From the human T2T-CHM13v2.0 reference genome, Homo sapiens, in assembly GCF_009914755.1 (NCBI RefSeq), contig NC_060935.1: 64,000 nucleotides of DNA. The stretch is one strand, 5' to 3'. The position numbers and the translations under genes were made by a program. The notes under the pieces were generated by a model. The model did not search any database. It was not told where the DNA came from and saw only the letters and a program-made list of their open reading frames with translations. Shown here piece after piece: positions 40,361 to 56,368 of the stretch (position 1 is the first letter of the stretch; every line of letters begins with the position of its first letter).

Positions 40361-42979
40361 CCTGTAGAAGCAAGTACTCTGTAGTAGTTTGTTACAGAAG
40401 CAACAGGAACAGGAAACTACTGCAATACTCATGAAAAATAATTGTACCAAGTAACATGTACAACAAAGTATATAGTGATATTGTGTATAGTAGAAAAATC
40501 TGGAAACTACTCCAACATCCATTGGCAGAATGTCCTAAGAAGCAGACACCAAGATGGGATTACACATGCAAACATTTTGTTAGGGGGATACCTATGTAAA
40601 AGGAAATAGGGAAGACAATGAGAAAAGCTAAGAAAGATGCAAGTCAGACCCCAAGTCAAGAAGAGAGGAAGACAAGATTGAGCAGAAGCATGTTAGACTG
40701 TCCAAAGTTATTGAGAAATCCTTGAACCAAAATGGACTGACAAAGGAGCCCTGTGTCTCCCAGGTATGGGTCTACCTTAGAATCCATTTTGCACACAGAC
40801 TTTAGCAAGGAGCAGCCCACAGGAAGTTGGGTGTCAGAAAAACTACTACAAAGGATTTCAAAGTGAGAAGCTGAGATCCTGGGTCATTTCCACTCATGAG
40901 GGAGATCTACAAATTCATTCACATGGCTGCTACACAGATGAAGGAATAAATTAATTAGATTTTAATCACATAATGGAATATCGTGCAGCAGTGAAAATGA
41001 ATGAACCACTGCTACAACAACACAACAAATAAGATTTAGTACTGTTGATTTTTTTAAAAAAATCACAGAATAAAATAGAAGAAAATGTTTCATTAACTTC
41101 AGTAACAGGCAAACTAGAAAATATATGTTTCAGGGGTGTGTGTGTGTGTGTGTGTGTCTGTGTGTATGTCTGTGTGTGTGTGTGTAAAGCTATACATCAA
41201 AAAATAAAAGAATCAAAGAAACATTCATAATGTTGCTATTTGCAGGTAAGGATGAGGGTAAGCAGATGCAAAGTACAGGGAAAGAGAACATTGGTAAGTA
41301 TATATTGTAGATAATTTTTGAGACTTTGGACTGGATTATTCATTTAATAAATTATTATGTAATTAATATTAAGTGGGGCTGTGCATGGACCAATGGCAAC
41401 AGTGTGTCATGAAGCAGGGTGATGACTAATCCAATTCTCTGCACATTGTTATGATGTTTAATTAAAATAAAATTTCAGAAAGTTCAGAAAATTGAGTGCT
41501 TTCTAAGAAACTTCTTATTACACAAAACAGGCTATGACTTTACATTGAACATCCTCAGGGAGACTGTGTACTCACCTAACCACTGCTGTCACCCCCACAA
41601 TCAGGTCATTCAGGAGTCAGTATATGAAAGGAAAATTCTTTGAGAGACTAGCCCTAATCCAGAGCAATGCAAATGATAGATTGTCCCTTTAGTTAATTCA
41701 ATCAAATTCCATTTTCAGTGGTAGAGGGGGGATTAGAGAGACTAGATCTAACAGCTAACACTTATATTTAAATTTTATACCTAAATGCCATCAGTCTTAA
41801 TCTCTGAAGTGCTCAATAAGAAAAAAAAAACTTGAGTTTTGTATGCCCTTCTTTGGAAAATTTTAGGCCTGAGTAAGAGGAAGCGGCAATTGCTCTGTAG
41901 TAGTTTGTTACAGGAGCAATAGGAACAGGAAACTAGTGCAATATACATGAAAAATAATTGTACCAAGTAACACATACAATAAAGTTTATAGCAATGTTGT
42001 GTATAGTACAAAATATTGCCTCATTCTTTTTCATGAGGCAAAAACGGGGCAATTAAAGATATCAATTTAAAAACAAAATACTTTCTCGGAGGGCAACATA
42101 TATAACTTAATTCACATAAAATAAAAAAAATCATTCTTCATAGAAATATGAAAAGATATCCAACCTGGCTCATATGAGAAAAGGACAAACAAATTAAATT
42201 ATTTTTCACCTATAAAAACAACCAATTTTATATAAGTTTTGTAATAATCTGTTAGAATTTGGAGAAATAGTCACTAGATTTGGTAGAAGTATAAACTGGT
42301 AGAGCCTCTTGAGGTATCTTGATAAGTATCAAAAGTTATCATTATCATACCCTTTACTCAGTTTCCTCTCCAAAATACCTTTTATTCCTACAGATATATT
42401 CACGATAATATTTACAGTAACATTGTTTATATTAGTAAAAGATTGAAAACAATCTAAATGTCAAACAATGGGGAAAACTGTATGATTAAACAGATTAATA
42501 AATGCAACTGTTCAATAAAATATAATACAAACATTTAAAAGAGTGAGGCTTCTCTTTTCATACTGATGGAGACAAATCACCCAAAAGTATTAAGCGAAAT
42601 GAAGGCTGAGCAATGTGAATAATACGTTGTCTTTTGTTGCAGGAGTGAATAAAGAATATGAATATAATATGTTTTCAAATGCAGTGCAGGGCTTGTATAT
42701 CTGGAAGAATAACAGGAGCTTGTAACAGTGGTGATCTCCAGGGAAGGAAACTGAAGATTAGAAATCAAGGGATGAAGGGGGACATGGTTTTTACTCTATA
42801 CACTTTTATACTTCTGAATTTACCATTTGGTTTGTTATTCATCACCCATCCAAAAAAAGAGAAGGTAGGGGTAAGAAGAAATAAAAGCAGGAAGAAAGGA
42901 AATACAGAGGAGAGAAATGGTGGAAGAATAAAAGAGAGGGAGGGAAGAAGGTTAATAGCAAGTTGCCCATAGCAGGGCA

Positions 42980-43239
42980 AAAACTCCCTGATGGCATTAA
43001 AACAAGAATTTTGTTCCCCCTGGAGAGCTCAACTTTGCTTCAGCAGAAAATAACTAGCAAACATTGTTTTTGCCAATTACATCTGAGACCCTGGAACCTC
43101 AGGTTCTCAAGGGAGTGGGTATTGATCTCTTATGCCCCAGCAATATACTTGCTGATGAGGAGGAACTGAAAAGAGAGACCTTGGTCAGCAATCAGTGCCA
43201 GTTGCAGGAAGAGAACGTGTAGGCAACCTCCAAGTAAGT
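42980..43239 (+). promoter_or_regulatory. Paralogous candidate OR promoter/first exon (upstream of the 51452 pseudogene)
   Basis: O/E-like TCTCAAGGGA at 43105-43114, CCCCTGGAGA at about 43017, and donor-like GTAAGT at 43234. Confidence 0.45.
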
Positions 43240-44659
43240 AAAACAAAGCAAATAGCTTTTTTTTCAAAACCTGCCATGTACCATGCCAGTGCATGGTGGA
43301 AATTTTGGAGCAAAAGATTAGCCAAAACCCCAGAAGGTTTCACCTCAAAACCAGGAGGAATTATTTCATCCTTGGTGATTTACTGAAAATAAAGGGATGG
43401 GCTTGATTCAGTCTGAGTATCACCTGGGAGAAAAGATAAATGAACAAATGATTGAATGAATAAACTGATGGCTCAATTAACCAATCAATATAATATGCCT
43501 TTAATGTATTATTTGCATTGTTATTAAAGTCATTTGCTGGTCATATCTTCCATGTCCAGCCCTGTGCTGAGAAATGTACATAAATTCACATAAATTTGCT
43601 TACTTAAACCTCACATCACTGCACAATAGACTTTATTTTTCTCCTTCATTTTTTAACTTTTTATTATGAAATACTTCTAGATTCACAGGCAGTTCCAAAG
43701 ATAATAGGGAAAGTTCTCAAATATCCTTCACATACTTTTTCCTCAAGGGTTCGATCTTACATAATTATAATATGACATCAAAACAGGATTTTGGTACTGG
43801 GACAGTTGTGTATATAGCTCTATGTCATTTCATACTTGTGTAGATTTATAGCACTACCACTGCAGTGAAGATACAGACTTGATCACACATCTCAGATTCT
43901 ACATGTCTCCTTTGTACCCCTTCTGATCACACCATGCTCCTCCCCTTACCACCCCAATGTCTGGCAATCACCAACCTGTTCTCTGTTTCTATAATTCCGT
44001 CATTTTGATAATGCTTTGTAAATGGAATCATATAGTATATGTCCTTTTGATGTTGGCTTTTTTACACTCAGAATAATGCCCTTGAGAGTTATCTGAGCTG
44101 CTGCATGTATCAATAGTTTATTTCTCTTTATTTTTGGTAATATTCCATAGTATGGATATAATAAAATTGCTAAACTACTCATTTACTGTAGGGCATTTGA
44201 TTGTTTACAGATTTTGGCTACTACAAATGAAAATGTTATCAAAAAATTTTGTACAGGTTTTCGTGTGAATATAAGTTTTATGCAAATATAATTGCCCACA
44301 AGTCCAAGGACTGTGTTGTGTGGTAAGTGTATGTCTAGCAGCTTTTTACAAAACTGCCAAACTATTTTCCAGAGTGACTACCATTTTCACCAGCAATGTA
44401 TGAGTGATCCAGTTACTCTGAGTCTTTTCCAGCATTTGCTATTGTCACAGTTTTTTTATTTTAGCCATTCTGCAGTGACATCTCACTTGTAGTGTAGTGA
44501 TATCACATTTTGTTCTTACTTTGCATTTCCCTAATGGCTAATGAAGTTGGACACCTTTTCATGTGTTTATTTACCATCCATATAGCCCTTTTTGGTAAAA
44601 AGTCTGTTCATGTTGTTCAGGCATTTTCCAATTTGATTTTTTTTTCAGTTTGGGAGTTC

Positions 44660-45442
44660 TTTTTTATTATTATTATTATACTTTAAGTTTTGGGGTACAT
44701 GTGCACAATGTGCAGGTTAGTTACATATGTATACATGTGCCATGCTGGTGTGCTGCACCCATTAACTCATCATTTAGCATTAGGTATATCTCCTAATGCT
44801 ATCCCTCCCCACTCCCCTGACCCCACAACAGGCCCCGGTGTGTGATGTTCCCCTTCCTGTGTCCATGTGTTCTCATTGTTCAATTCCCACCTATGAGTGA
44901 GAACATGCGGTGTTTGGTTTTTTGTCCTTGCGATAGTTTACTGAGAATGATGATTTCCAATTTCATCCATGTCCCTACAAAGGACATGAACTCATCATTT
45001 TTCATGGCTGCATAGTATTCCATGGTATATGTGTGCCACATTTTCTTAATCTAGTCTATCATTGTTGGACATTTGGGTTGGTTCCAAGTCTTTGCTATTG
45101 TGAATAGTGCCGCAATAAACATACGTGTGCATGTGTCTTTACAGCAGCATGATTTATAGTCCTTTGGGTATATACCCAGTAATGGGATGGCTGGGTCAAA
45201 TAGTATTTCTAGTTCCAGATCCCTGAGGAATCGCCACACTGACTTCCACAATGGTTGAACTAGTTTACAGTCCCACCAACAGTGTAAAAGTGTTCCTATT
45301 TCTCCACATTCTCTCCAGCACCTGTTGTTTCCTGACTTTTTAATGATTGCCATTCTAACTGGTGTGAGATGGTATCTCATTGTGGTTTTAATTTGCATTT
45401 CTCTGATAGCCAGTGATGGTGAGTATTTTTTCATGTGTTTTT
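44660..45442 (-). mobile_element. Younger 5'-truncated L1PA (about L1PA3-5) 3' end
   Basis: Near-consensus ORF2 C-terminus ([26 protein letters not shown], 45051-45434) and 3' UTR. Absent at about 15912. Confidence 0.92.
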
Positions 45443-47340
45443 ATATTCTCTAAACACACGTCCTTTATCACATACATTGTTCGAAAATATTTTCTTCCAG
45501 TGTAGCTTGCTTTTTCATCCTCTTCACTGGGTCTTTAACAGAGCAAAAGTTTTAATTTTAATGAGATCCAATTATTGAATTTTTGAGGAGGGGATTGTGC
45601 TTTTGATGTCGTGTCTAAGAACTCCTCACAACACCTATCCTAAAGTTTTACCGTAAATATTTTGTCTTAGATTACTCTCTAAAGGTTTAATGGTTTTATA
45701 TTTTACATTTAAAGCTAAGATTCATGCTGACTTAATTTTTATATAATGTATGAGGTTTAGGTTTGGGTTCATTTTTTTGCCTATGAATATCCAATTGTCT
45801 CAGCACTATTTTCTAAAAAGCCTTCCTCCATTGAATTGAACCTGCTCAAAAATCAAATCACTGCACTTGTGTGAATCTGCTTGTGGATTCACTATTTTGC
45901 TCCATCTTTCTATCTATCTTTCCACCAATTCCACAGTGTTAATTATCGTAGATATATAAAAAATCCTGGTGTTAGGTAAAGTGATTCATCTCATTTTTTT
46001 CTTTGTTTTTGGAATTGTATCAGCTATTCTAACTTCTTTGCTCTTCCCTATACATTTAGAATATTGTTGTTTACATGCTAAAAATACTATGCTGAGATTT
46101 TGATTGCATTCGTGTTAAACCTGTACATCAATCTGGGGAGAACTGACACCACTGTGTGGAGTCTTGCATCTCCTAAACACAATATACCTATTTATGTAGA
46201 TCTTCTTTGATTTCTTTTATCAGCATATTATAATTTGCATCATCAAGTCCTGTAATAGTTTTGTTATATTTCTACCTAAGTATTTCATTTTTTGAACTAT
46301 TATGAATGGTGTTGTGTTTATTCCAGCTTCCACAAGTTCATTGTTATGAAAATAGTATGGACTTTTTAGAACTATCTCGTATTCTGCATCTTTTCTGAAC
46401 TCACTTATTACCTCTAGAAGTTTTTGGTAGATTCTTGGAATCTGCTACGTAAACCATTATGTCATCTACAAATTGCAGTTTTACTTCTTCTTTTCTGATC
46501 TGTATCACTTTTATGCCTATATATCCTTTCGTTTGACTAGAACTTCCCAAACTATGTTGAATAGCACTGAAGAGAATGAGTATCCTCAGCTGTTCCCAAT
46601 TTTAGGGGCAAGCATTTAGTCTGTAACTATTAAGTAGGATGTTAGCTATAGGTTTTTATGTAGATGTTCTTCATCAGTTGTGGAAATTGCCCTCTTTTCC
46701 TAGTTTTCAGAGATTTTTAAGATATTAAGTAGATATTGAATTTTGTCAAATTCTTTTTGTTCATCAATTTATATGATCCTGTGATTTTTCTCTTTTAGAC
46801 CTGAATATACCCAACTTGGCCATTGTGTATGATTTTATACACATAGCTGAATTCTATTTGCTAAATTTTTAAAAGATTTTTGCATCTATATTCATTAAAG
46901 ATACAGAACTATGGTTTTCTTTTTTGTGTGCTATTTTGTCTGCTTTTGCTAGCAGGGTAATATGGGATTCATAAAATAAGTTGGAAAATGTTCTTTTCAC
47001 ATCTGTTTTCTGAAAGAAATTGTATAGAATTAAGTTAATTCTTTTTCATACATTTAGTGAGTTTTCCAGTGATATTTTAAAAGGAAGTTTTTAAATTATA
47101 AATTCAATTCTCTTCATGGCTGTAGGGCTATTCAAATAATCAGTTTCATATGGGATAGTTTATACTCCTCAATTAATGGCTTCATTTGTCAAATTAATAT
47201 GTGTAGAGATGTTTGTAGTATTCTCTTATTATCATTTTTTTCTGTCTGCAGAGTCTGTAGTGATACCCCTGTTTTTCCTGACTTAGTAATTTGTATCTTC
47301 TCTCTTTTATCTTTGCCAGACCTTCTGGAGGTTTGTCAGT

Positions 47341-47440
47341 TTTTTTTGTTTGTTTGTTTGTTTGTTTGTCTGTCTTTTTTTAATTTATTATTATTATACT
47401 TTAAGTTTTAGGGTACATGTGCACAATGTGCAGGTTAGTT
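47341..47440 (-). mobile_element. Tiny L1PA 3'-end insertion with (TTTG)n tail
   Basis: TTATACTTTAAGTTTTAGGGTACATGTGCACAATGTGCAGGTTAGTT preceded by a T-rich tail. Confidence 0.85.
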
Positions 47441-48475
47441 TTATTGATTTTCTTCAAAACCCGCTTTTTGTTTCATAGTATTTTTAATTGTTTTTCTTTG
47501 TCCAATTCATTGAATTCTGTTTTTAGATTTATTATTCTACATATTTTAAACTTATTTTGTTCTTCATTTTCAATATTTTTCAAGTAGAAGATTATATTAA
47601 TGATTTGAGGCTTTTTCTCTTTTTAATGTAAGCATTTAGTGCTATGGGATGCCCACTAAACACTGCTTTAGCTGCACCCCATAAATTTTAAGTGTTGTAT
47701 TTTCATTCAGTTCAATGTTTTGTATTACCCTTGTGACTACCTCTTTGACCCAAGGATTGTTTATAAATGCATTGTTTTGTTTCCAACTGTCTGGAGAGTT
47801 TCCTGTTACGTGTCTGTTGTTTATATCTCGTTCAATTTCATTGTGGTCAGGAACACACACTGTGTGAATTCCATTCTTCTAAAATTATATAGATTATGTA
47901 TAATCTATCTTGATATATGTTCTACAAGTGCTGGAACAAATATGTATTCTAGTCCTGTGAGATGGACTGTTCTATAACTATCACTGATATCCTGTTTGCT
48001 GATGGTGTTGAGTTCTTCTATACCCTTGCTGATTTTCCATATAGTCCTACAAATTGTTGAGAAAGGAATATTAAAATCCCAATTTTAATTATAGATTGGC
48101 CTTTACCTCAATTCAATTTGTTTTCAGTTTTTCCTTTATATATGTTGTAGTTTACTTGTTTGGTGCCTACACATTTAGGATTGCTATTTCTTCTTGATAG
48201 ATTAGCACTTTTATTATTATGTGATGTTATTCTTTGTCCTTGGTAATATTCTTTGCTGTAAAATATACTTTATCTAATATTTACATAGCCATACTTTCAT
48301 TCTTTTGACTAATGTTTGCATGATATATGTTTTCTTCCTTTTATTTCAAACCTACATGTATCATTATATCTGAAGTGAGTTTCTTGTACACAGAATATGA
48401 TTGTGTCATTTTTCTGTCCACTCTTCCATATTCTTTCTTTTAGTTGTTATTAAATGAAAGAAACATGAAATATCA

Positions 48476-48880
<405 letters not shown>

Positions 48881-51451
48881 TTATAACACTGCCTAAGGCG
48901 GTTCTCAGTGCATGTGGAGGAAATGGTTAAGACAATTATAAGTGGGAGACAGTAAAGAAATGAAAAAGGAAGTAAGCTTTCCACACTTCACTAAAACTGG
49001 TAAAATGAACACAAGTTATGATTATACTAACATGTCTCAGAGAAATTGTGGGTTTAGTTCCAGACCACCTCAATTAAATGACTCTCACAATAAAGTAAGT
49101 CACACAAATATTTTGGTTTCCCAGTGCATACAAAAGTTATGTTTATACTGCACTACAGTCCATTAAATGTGTAATAGCATTATGTCTAAAAAAGTATATG
49201 CCTTTATATAAAAATACTTTATTGCCAAAAATGCTGACACAAGGATATTAAATGACCACGTGCTGCTGGAAGATAGTGCTAATCGACTTGCTTAATGCAG
49301 GATTGCCACAAACCTTTAATTTTATTTTTTAAAAATGCAACATCTGTGAAGCACAATAAAACAAGCCATGCCCACATAATGCAACACCTACAGCAGCCAC
49401 TAAAAAACATATACAAAGATACCTAATAAAAACACTATACAAAAATAATCACTTATAGCTGCACCAAAATGGGATTATAAGAAAAAGTTCAAGAAAAAGC
49501 TCACAGAAATGCGGGAAAAAGAAAAGAGAGGAACATAAAAGAACAGTTAAAATAATGAAATGGCAGACAACTTTAGGGCATCAATGACCACATAAAACAT
49601 AGTTTTCTTCATTTTTAAAACAATAAAGGGCATGAATTCCCATTATAAAAGTGAAAGTTCAGAAGTTTATAAGTTTAGAAAATAATGTTCTTTTTCACCT
49701 AATGCCACACCCATGAATAACTATACTTGAATTTGGTGTGCCATTTTCTGGCATTTATCCACAAATAAAGAGAATGAAAGTAAGAGACAGTAAGAGTGAC
49801 AGAAAGTTTAGTTTTTCAAATGGTCCAAATTTACATATTTTTCTACAACATTCTTTTCTCTTTTGACTCCATAAGAGTACATATTTATCTCTCTGCCTTA
49901 GGCTAGGTATTAATGAATAATATAAATCTACTGAAATGTATACAATTCTATTTCCTGATTTTACTATTAAAAGGTTTTGTTAACTTATTTTCAATGCAAG
50001 TTACATAATATTATATTTTATATAATATGCATGTTATTGATACTATAAACAAGTGAATGAACATAATTAACTTCCAGATGAGTTCTGTGATCCCCATTGT
50101 GCAGGGGAAGTAACTAGGGCCAAAGGGAATTATATGTCTTTTTCTATTAACTGGTGAGACAAAAATTCAAAACCACGGTTACCTATTTCCTTTCCACTGC
50201 ACAAGGTTGACTATAAATGAAGCCTAAAAAACCCAGCACTACCCATATATTAAGCATGTTTAAAATGCTAGGGTAAACCCCCGTGGCATGAGTTTACCTA
50301 TGTAACAAACCTTCACATGTACCACCAAACATTAATGTTAAAAAAAATGCTTAGATAGTTGGCCATTTTCTTTGTAGTATCCATTTGATTAGAAAACACC
50401 TTCAACATAGATGAAACAAAATATTTCATATTGAACCAGCCAACGATTAGCTCAATATTAAACATAGAAATGTACAGATTCTGTGTGAGATTGGAGGGGG
50501 GGGTTACACTAGTTTCCTTAGCTCCTGAAAAGCATCCTCATATTTTCATATTATTTTATTTAAATCCAGATTACTAAAGTCAAGTTGATATGATAAATGT
50601 CATTACTCTATTGAAATTCTAGCTTAACTAGACCTCTGGCCTATTCAAGCTTCCTCTAGTAAGTGTTTATCCAAATGAAAGAAACACTTTTTGAAAGGAC
50701 TGCATTTCTTTCATTTTACAGTAAATTTACCCTATGAAGAAACTTATGCTAACTTAATATACCTCAGTATTCACTAAATGTTAAATTGAAGAGAATTGTT
50801 TCTGCTTTCTTGTTCCTCCACTACAGAACAGAAAAAAAAAAGCAATAGAAAATGTAAGGCTATTTCTCAGACATCAATTATATAACAGGTTTATTTTGCT
50901 TGTAAAGAATATCACCTAGATGGGAGTTGCATTCTAAAGATATAAATACAAAGATACTTTGAAGCCTTCAAACATATGTAAAGCATGAATATATTTAGGG
51001 AAATTTATCTCTAGTTTATTGTACTAATTTCAAGAGCTTTATCCAAAATTAAAATGGTAGGTGGCTGTGAATAATTATAGGTTACTAAAGGGGTACAAAA
51101 TTATGTTTTAATATTACTTTAGGTATGGATGCCTGTTTAATATAGTGAAAAATTGCTCATCTATATTTCTAAGAACTACACACATTAGAAGTCAGTCTTC
51201 TTCTAAGACAACCTTTTTCCTTTTGAAGATGAATTCATTTCCTCTTTCATCAAGTAGATCACTCTTTACTTGATGATTATAAATACATTTTTTTAATTTG
51301 AAAATGAGTAACACTATTGGGAGTATTTGTCATGACAATCCAAATAGAAAAAAGTGACGTGAAATACAGAGCCATTTCATTGCAAGAAGTCACAAGGATT
51401 TCCCTTCTTTTCTGGGTCCTTCTCTTGGTCATTTCTAGAGTTTTGGTAGCC

Positions 51452-52382
51452 ATGGCATGAGGAAACAGCACTGAAGTGACTGAATTCTGTCTTCTGGGAT
51501 TTGGTGCCTAGCAAGAGTTTTGGTGTATCCTCTTCATTATATTCCTTCTCATCTATGTGACCTCCATAATGGGTAATAGTGGAATAATCTTACTCATCAA
51601 CACAGATTCCAGATTTCAAACACCCATGTACTTTTTTCTACAACATTTGGCTTTTGTTGATATCTGTTACACTTCTGCTATCACTCCCAAGATGCTCCAA
51701 AGCTTCACGGAAGAAAAGAATTTGATATCATTTTGGGGCTGCATGATACAATTATTGGTTTATGCAACATTTGCAACCAGTGACTGTTATCTCCTGGCTA
51801 TGATAGCAGTGGACCATTATGTTGCAATCTGTAAGCCCCTTCACTATACCGTAATCACGTCCCAAACAGTCTGCATCCATTTGGTAGCTGGTTCATACAT
51901 CATGGGCTCAATAAATGCCTCTGTACATACAGGTTTTGCATTTTCACTGTCTTTCTGCAAGTCCAATAACATCAACCACTTTTTCTGTGATGGTCCCCCA
52001 ATTCTTGCCCTTTCATGCTCCAATATTGACATCAACATCATGCTACTTGTTGTCTTTGTGGGATTTAACTTGATGTTCACTGGGTTGGTAGTCATCTTTT
52101 CCTACATCTACATCATGGCCACCATCCTGAAAATGTCTTCTAGTGCAGGAAGGAAAAAATCCTTCTCAACATGTGCCTCCCACCTGACCACAGTTGCCAT
52201 TTTCTATGGGACACTCTCTTACATGCACTTACCAGTCTCATTCTAATAATTCCCAGGAGAATATGAAAGTGGCCTCTATATTTTATGGCACTGTTATTCC
52301 CATGTTGAATCCTTTAATCTATAGCTTGAGAAATAAGGAAGTAAAAGAAGCTTTAAAATTGATAGGGAAAAAGTTCTTTTAA
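51452..52382 (+). pseudogene. OR5AK1P: OR5AK-subfamily pseudogene
   Basis: Stops at codon 3 (TGA, 51458) and codon 20 (TAG, 51509), plus a +1 C frameshift at about 52232, giving 931 nt versus 930. The symbol is inferred from recalled gene order. Confidence 0.8.
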
Positions 52383-52469
52383 ATCAGCCCCAGTTGTTAA
52401 CATTCAGCTCAACAAATCATCCAACATAGCTGTTCTGCCAAAATTTAATTTTTCTACAATAAGGAATAT

Positions 52470-55400
52470 GTAGAAAGATGTCAAATTAATAATCTAACAT
52501 CACCTCTAGAGGAATTTAAAATACAAGAGCCAACCAATCCCAAAGCTAGCAGAAGAAAAAGTAACTAAAATCAGAACTGAACTGAACAAAATTAAGACAC
52601 AAATATTTATGCAAAACTTAATGAAACCAAAATTTGGTTTCTTGGAAGAATAAATAAGATTGGTAGGCTGCTAGCCAGATTCACAACGAGAAAAGAGGGA
52701 ACATCTAAATAAGCACAGCCAGAAAGAACAAAGGTGGCATTACAACCAATCCCACAGAAATACAAAAGATATTCAGAGAATATTATGAACACTTTTATGC
52801 AAATAGACTAGAAAATATAGAGGAAATGGATAAAATCCTAGGAACCCACAAACTCCCAAGATTTAATAAGGAAGAAATTGAAACCCTGAGCAGACCAGTA
52901 TCAAGTTCTGAAGTGAAAACAGTACCAAAAATCTACCAACCAAAAACAAAGTACAGACCAGATGAATTTGCAGTCAAATTCTACCAGATGTAAAAAGAAG
53001 AGCTGGTGCCAATTCTACTGAAACTATTTCAAAAAATCGAGCAGGAGGGACTCCTTTGCAACTCATTCTATGAAACCAGCATCAGGTCTCTGATACTAAA
53101 ACCTGACAAAGACACAATGAAAAAAGAAAACTGCAGGCCAATATTCCTGATGAACATAGATGCAAAACCATCAGTGAAATACTAGCAAACCAAATTCAGC
53201 AGCACATCCAAAGTTATTTCACCATGATCAAGTAGGCTTCATTCTTTGGATGCAAGGTTGGTTCAATATATGCAAATCATGAAATGTCATTCACCACATA
53301 AACAGCATTTAAAGCAAAAACCATATGATCTCAATAGATGCAAAAAAAGCCTTCAATAAAATGCAACATCCCTTCGTTGTAAAAATTCTCTACAAACTAA
53401 GCATCAAAGCAATGTACCTTAAAATAAGTGCAATCTATGACAAATTTACAGCCAATGTCATAATGAATGGGCAAAATCTGAAGGCATTCCCCCTTGAAAA
53501 CTGCAACAAGACAAGGGTGCCCACTCTCACCATAGTTCAACATAGTTCTAGAAGTCCTAAGCAGAGTAATTAGGCAAGAGAAAGAAACAAAAGACACCCA
53601 AATAGGAAAAGAAGAAGTCAAACTATCTCTCTTTGTGGACTATATGATTCTATATCTAGATAACCCTAAAGACTCTGTCAAAAGGCTCTTGGAGCTGACA
53701 AATGAATTCACTAAATTTTTAGGTTACAAAATCAATGTACAAAAATCAGTAGCACTTCTAAACATCAATAATGTTAAACTGAGAGCCAAATCAAGAATGC
53801 GAGTCAATTAATAATAGCTACCAAAAAAAAAAATATCTAAGAATACATCTAACCAAGTAAATGAAGTATCTCTACTAGCAGAGAATTACAAAACACTACT
53901 CAAAGAAATCAGAGAGGACACAAACAAATGGAAAAACAGTACATGCTCATGGATTAGCATAATCGATATCATTAAAATGGCCATACTACCCCAAGCAATC
54001 CACAGATTCAATGCTATTCCTATCAAGCCACAACGCCATTTTTCACAGAATTAGAAAAGCTATTCTAAAATTCATATGAAAATGGAAAAGAACCCAAATA
54101 GCCAAAGTAATCCTTAGCAAAAAGATCTAAGCTGGAGGCACCATATTATCCAGTTTCAAAACATACTATAGGGCTACAGTAGCCAAAACAGCATAATACT
54201 AGTACAAAAACAGTAACATAGACCAGTGCAACAGACTAGAGAACCTAGAAAGAAAGCCACACACGCAAACACGGCTGTCTGATCTTTAACGAGTCAACAA
54301 AAATAAGCAATGGAGAAAAGACTTCTTATTCAATAAATGGTGCTGGGATAATAGGCTAGCAATACACCAAAAAAATAAAACTGGACACATACCTTTTAAC
54401 ATATACAAAAATTAACTCAAGATATATTAAAGAGATAAATGAGACCTCAAACTATAAGACTCCTAGAAGAAAACCTGGGAAACATCATTCTGAACATCAG
54501 CCTTGGGAAATAATTTATGACTAAGTCCTCAAAAGCTGTAGCAACAAAAAATTTGACAACTGGGACCTAATTAAATTAAAGACCTTCTGCATATCAAAAG
54601 AGACTATCAACAGAGTATACAGGCAACCGACAGAATGGGAGAAAATTCTCAGAAACTATGTATCCAATAAATCTAATTTCCATAATGTATACAGAACTTA
54701 AACCACTCAACAAGCAAAAAACAAATAACCCCATTAAAAAGTGGGCAAAGAATATGACCAGATACTTCTCAAAAGAAGACATACAAGAAGACAACAGCCA
54801 TATGAAAAAATGCCTAACAAGACTAATCATCAGAAAAATGCAAATCAAAATCACAATGAGCTAACCATCTCATATCAGTCAGAATGTCTATTATTAACAA
54901 GTCAAAAAGCAATAGATGCTGGCCACACCATGGAGAAAGGGGAATGCTTATACCTGCTGGGAATGTAAATTAGTTCAGCCACTGTGGAAAGCAGTCTGGA
55001 GATTTCTGAAAGAACTTAAAACGAACTATCATTTGACTGTGTAATCCCATTACTGGATAATATCTAAAAGAAAATAAATTTTTCTACAAAAAAGACACAT
55101 GTGCTTGTATGTTCATCACAGCACCATTCACAATAGTAACAACATAGAATCAGCCTAAGTGCCCATCATCAGTGGATTGGATAAAGAAAATACGGTACAC
55201 ATACATAAGGGAATACCACACAGCCATAAAAATGTACAAACTCAGGTCCTTTGCAGCCACATGGCTAAAGCTAGAGGCCACTATCCTAAGCGAATTAACA
55301 CCGGAACAGAAAAGCAAATACCACATGTTCTCATGTATAAGTGCGAACTAAATATTGAGTACACACAGACACAAAGATGGGAAAAACAGACACTGGGAAA

Positions 55401-56368
55401 TACTAGGCGGGAAGAGAACAAGTGGGGCAAGGGTTTAAAAAACTAACTGTTGGGTGCTATTGAAACAGAAGAGATCTCTAATCCCCCTGAGCAACAGGGG
55501 TGTGGCTCACCTTTTCTGTCACCATTGCTGCTCAAACCCCTGATGGAAGGGGGAGCACACAGACAGTCAGGTGCAGGAGCTGGGGCAGTGCTTTGAGCTC
55601 TGGCCACATGGTAGTGTCTAGGGGTGGGTGCCTGCAGCCCCAGTATTACAATGCTTTTTTAGCCCTGCCATTCGCAGACAGCTTAAATGTTAACCAGCTC
55701 AATGGACCCTCTGTCTTTTTGCAAGGGCAGAGGGCCAGTGTGACAGCTTCCTGTATCCAGAGCTCCTGCCCAGCATCCCAGAAAAATTGAGTCACACACA
55801 GGCTTGAAGGATGAATGGAGGATTTTATTGAATGGTGGAGGTGGTTCTCAGTGGGATGCATGGGGAACTGAAAGGGGGATGGAGTGGGAAGATGATCTTC
55901 CCCTGGAGTTTTGCCCAATCCAGCAGCAAAACCTCCCTCTGACTGCCCCAGCCTAACTCCTCTTGGCATTCAGACGTTCCTTCTCTTCTCTTTATCTGCC
56001 ACACCATTCCGCTGTTCATCTGCTCATCTCCTGTCTCATCTCCTCATCTGTTTCTGGAGCCTGGGGTTCGGGGTTTACATGGGCACAGGATAGGGGGGCG
56101 GAGTGGGCCAAAAGGCAACTTTTTGGATGCACGAACAGAAATGCCTGTTCCCACTTAGGGCTGTGGGTCTCCAGGCTTGAGGGTGGGGCCTTTGCAGGGG
56201 AACCATCCCCTTCTACCCAGTATTTTCCTGTCTCCTTTCCGTATCACTGTATTCACTACCTAGGTAATGGGATCATTCACATCCCAAACCTCAGCATCAT
56301 GCAATATACCCGTATAACCTGTGCATGAACCTCCACATCTAGAATAAAAGTTGAAAGTATCAAAAAAC
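52470..56368 (+). mobile_element. L1PA15/16-like element, unit 3 copy, containing a solo LTR
   Basis: Same junctions as units 1 and 2. TSD ACAATAAGGAATAT (52456) / AAAATAGGGAACTT (56369). Confidence 0.9.
55461..56246 (-). mobile_element. LTR1-like solo LTR
   Basis: Homologous to both proviral LTRs in unit 2, at the same site in the L1, with TSD CTAT/CTGT. Confidence 0.92.

Larger units (their letters stand above)
43645..48450 (-). mobile_element. Old L1M (L1MC-like), unit 2 copy
   Basis: Homologous to 14890-19280. Confidence 0.8.

Noticed and set aside
51557-52246. 229-aa OR ORF as a functional receptor
   Set aside because: It starts at a GTG within TM1, after two nonsense codons, and frameshifts before TM7.
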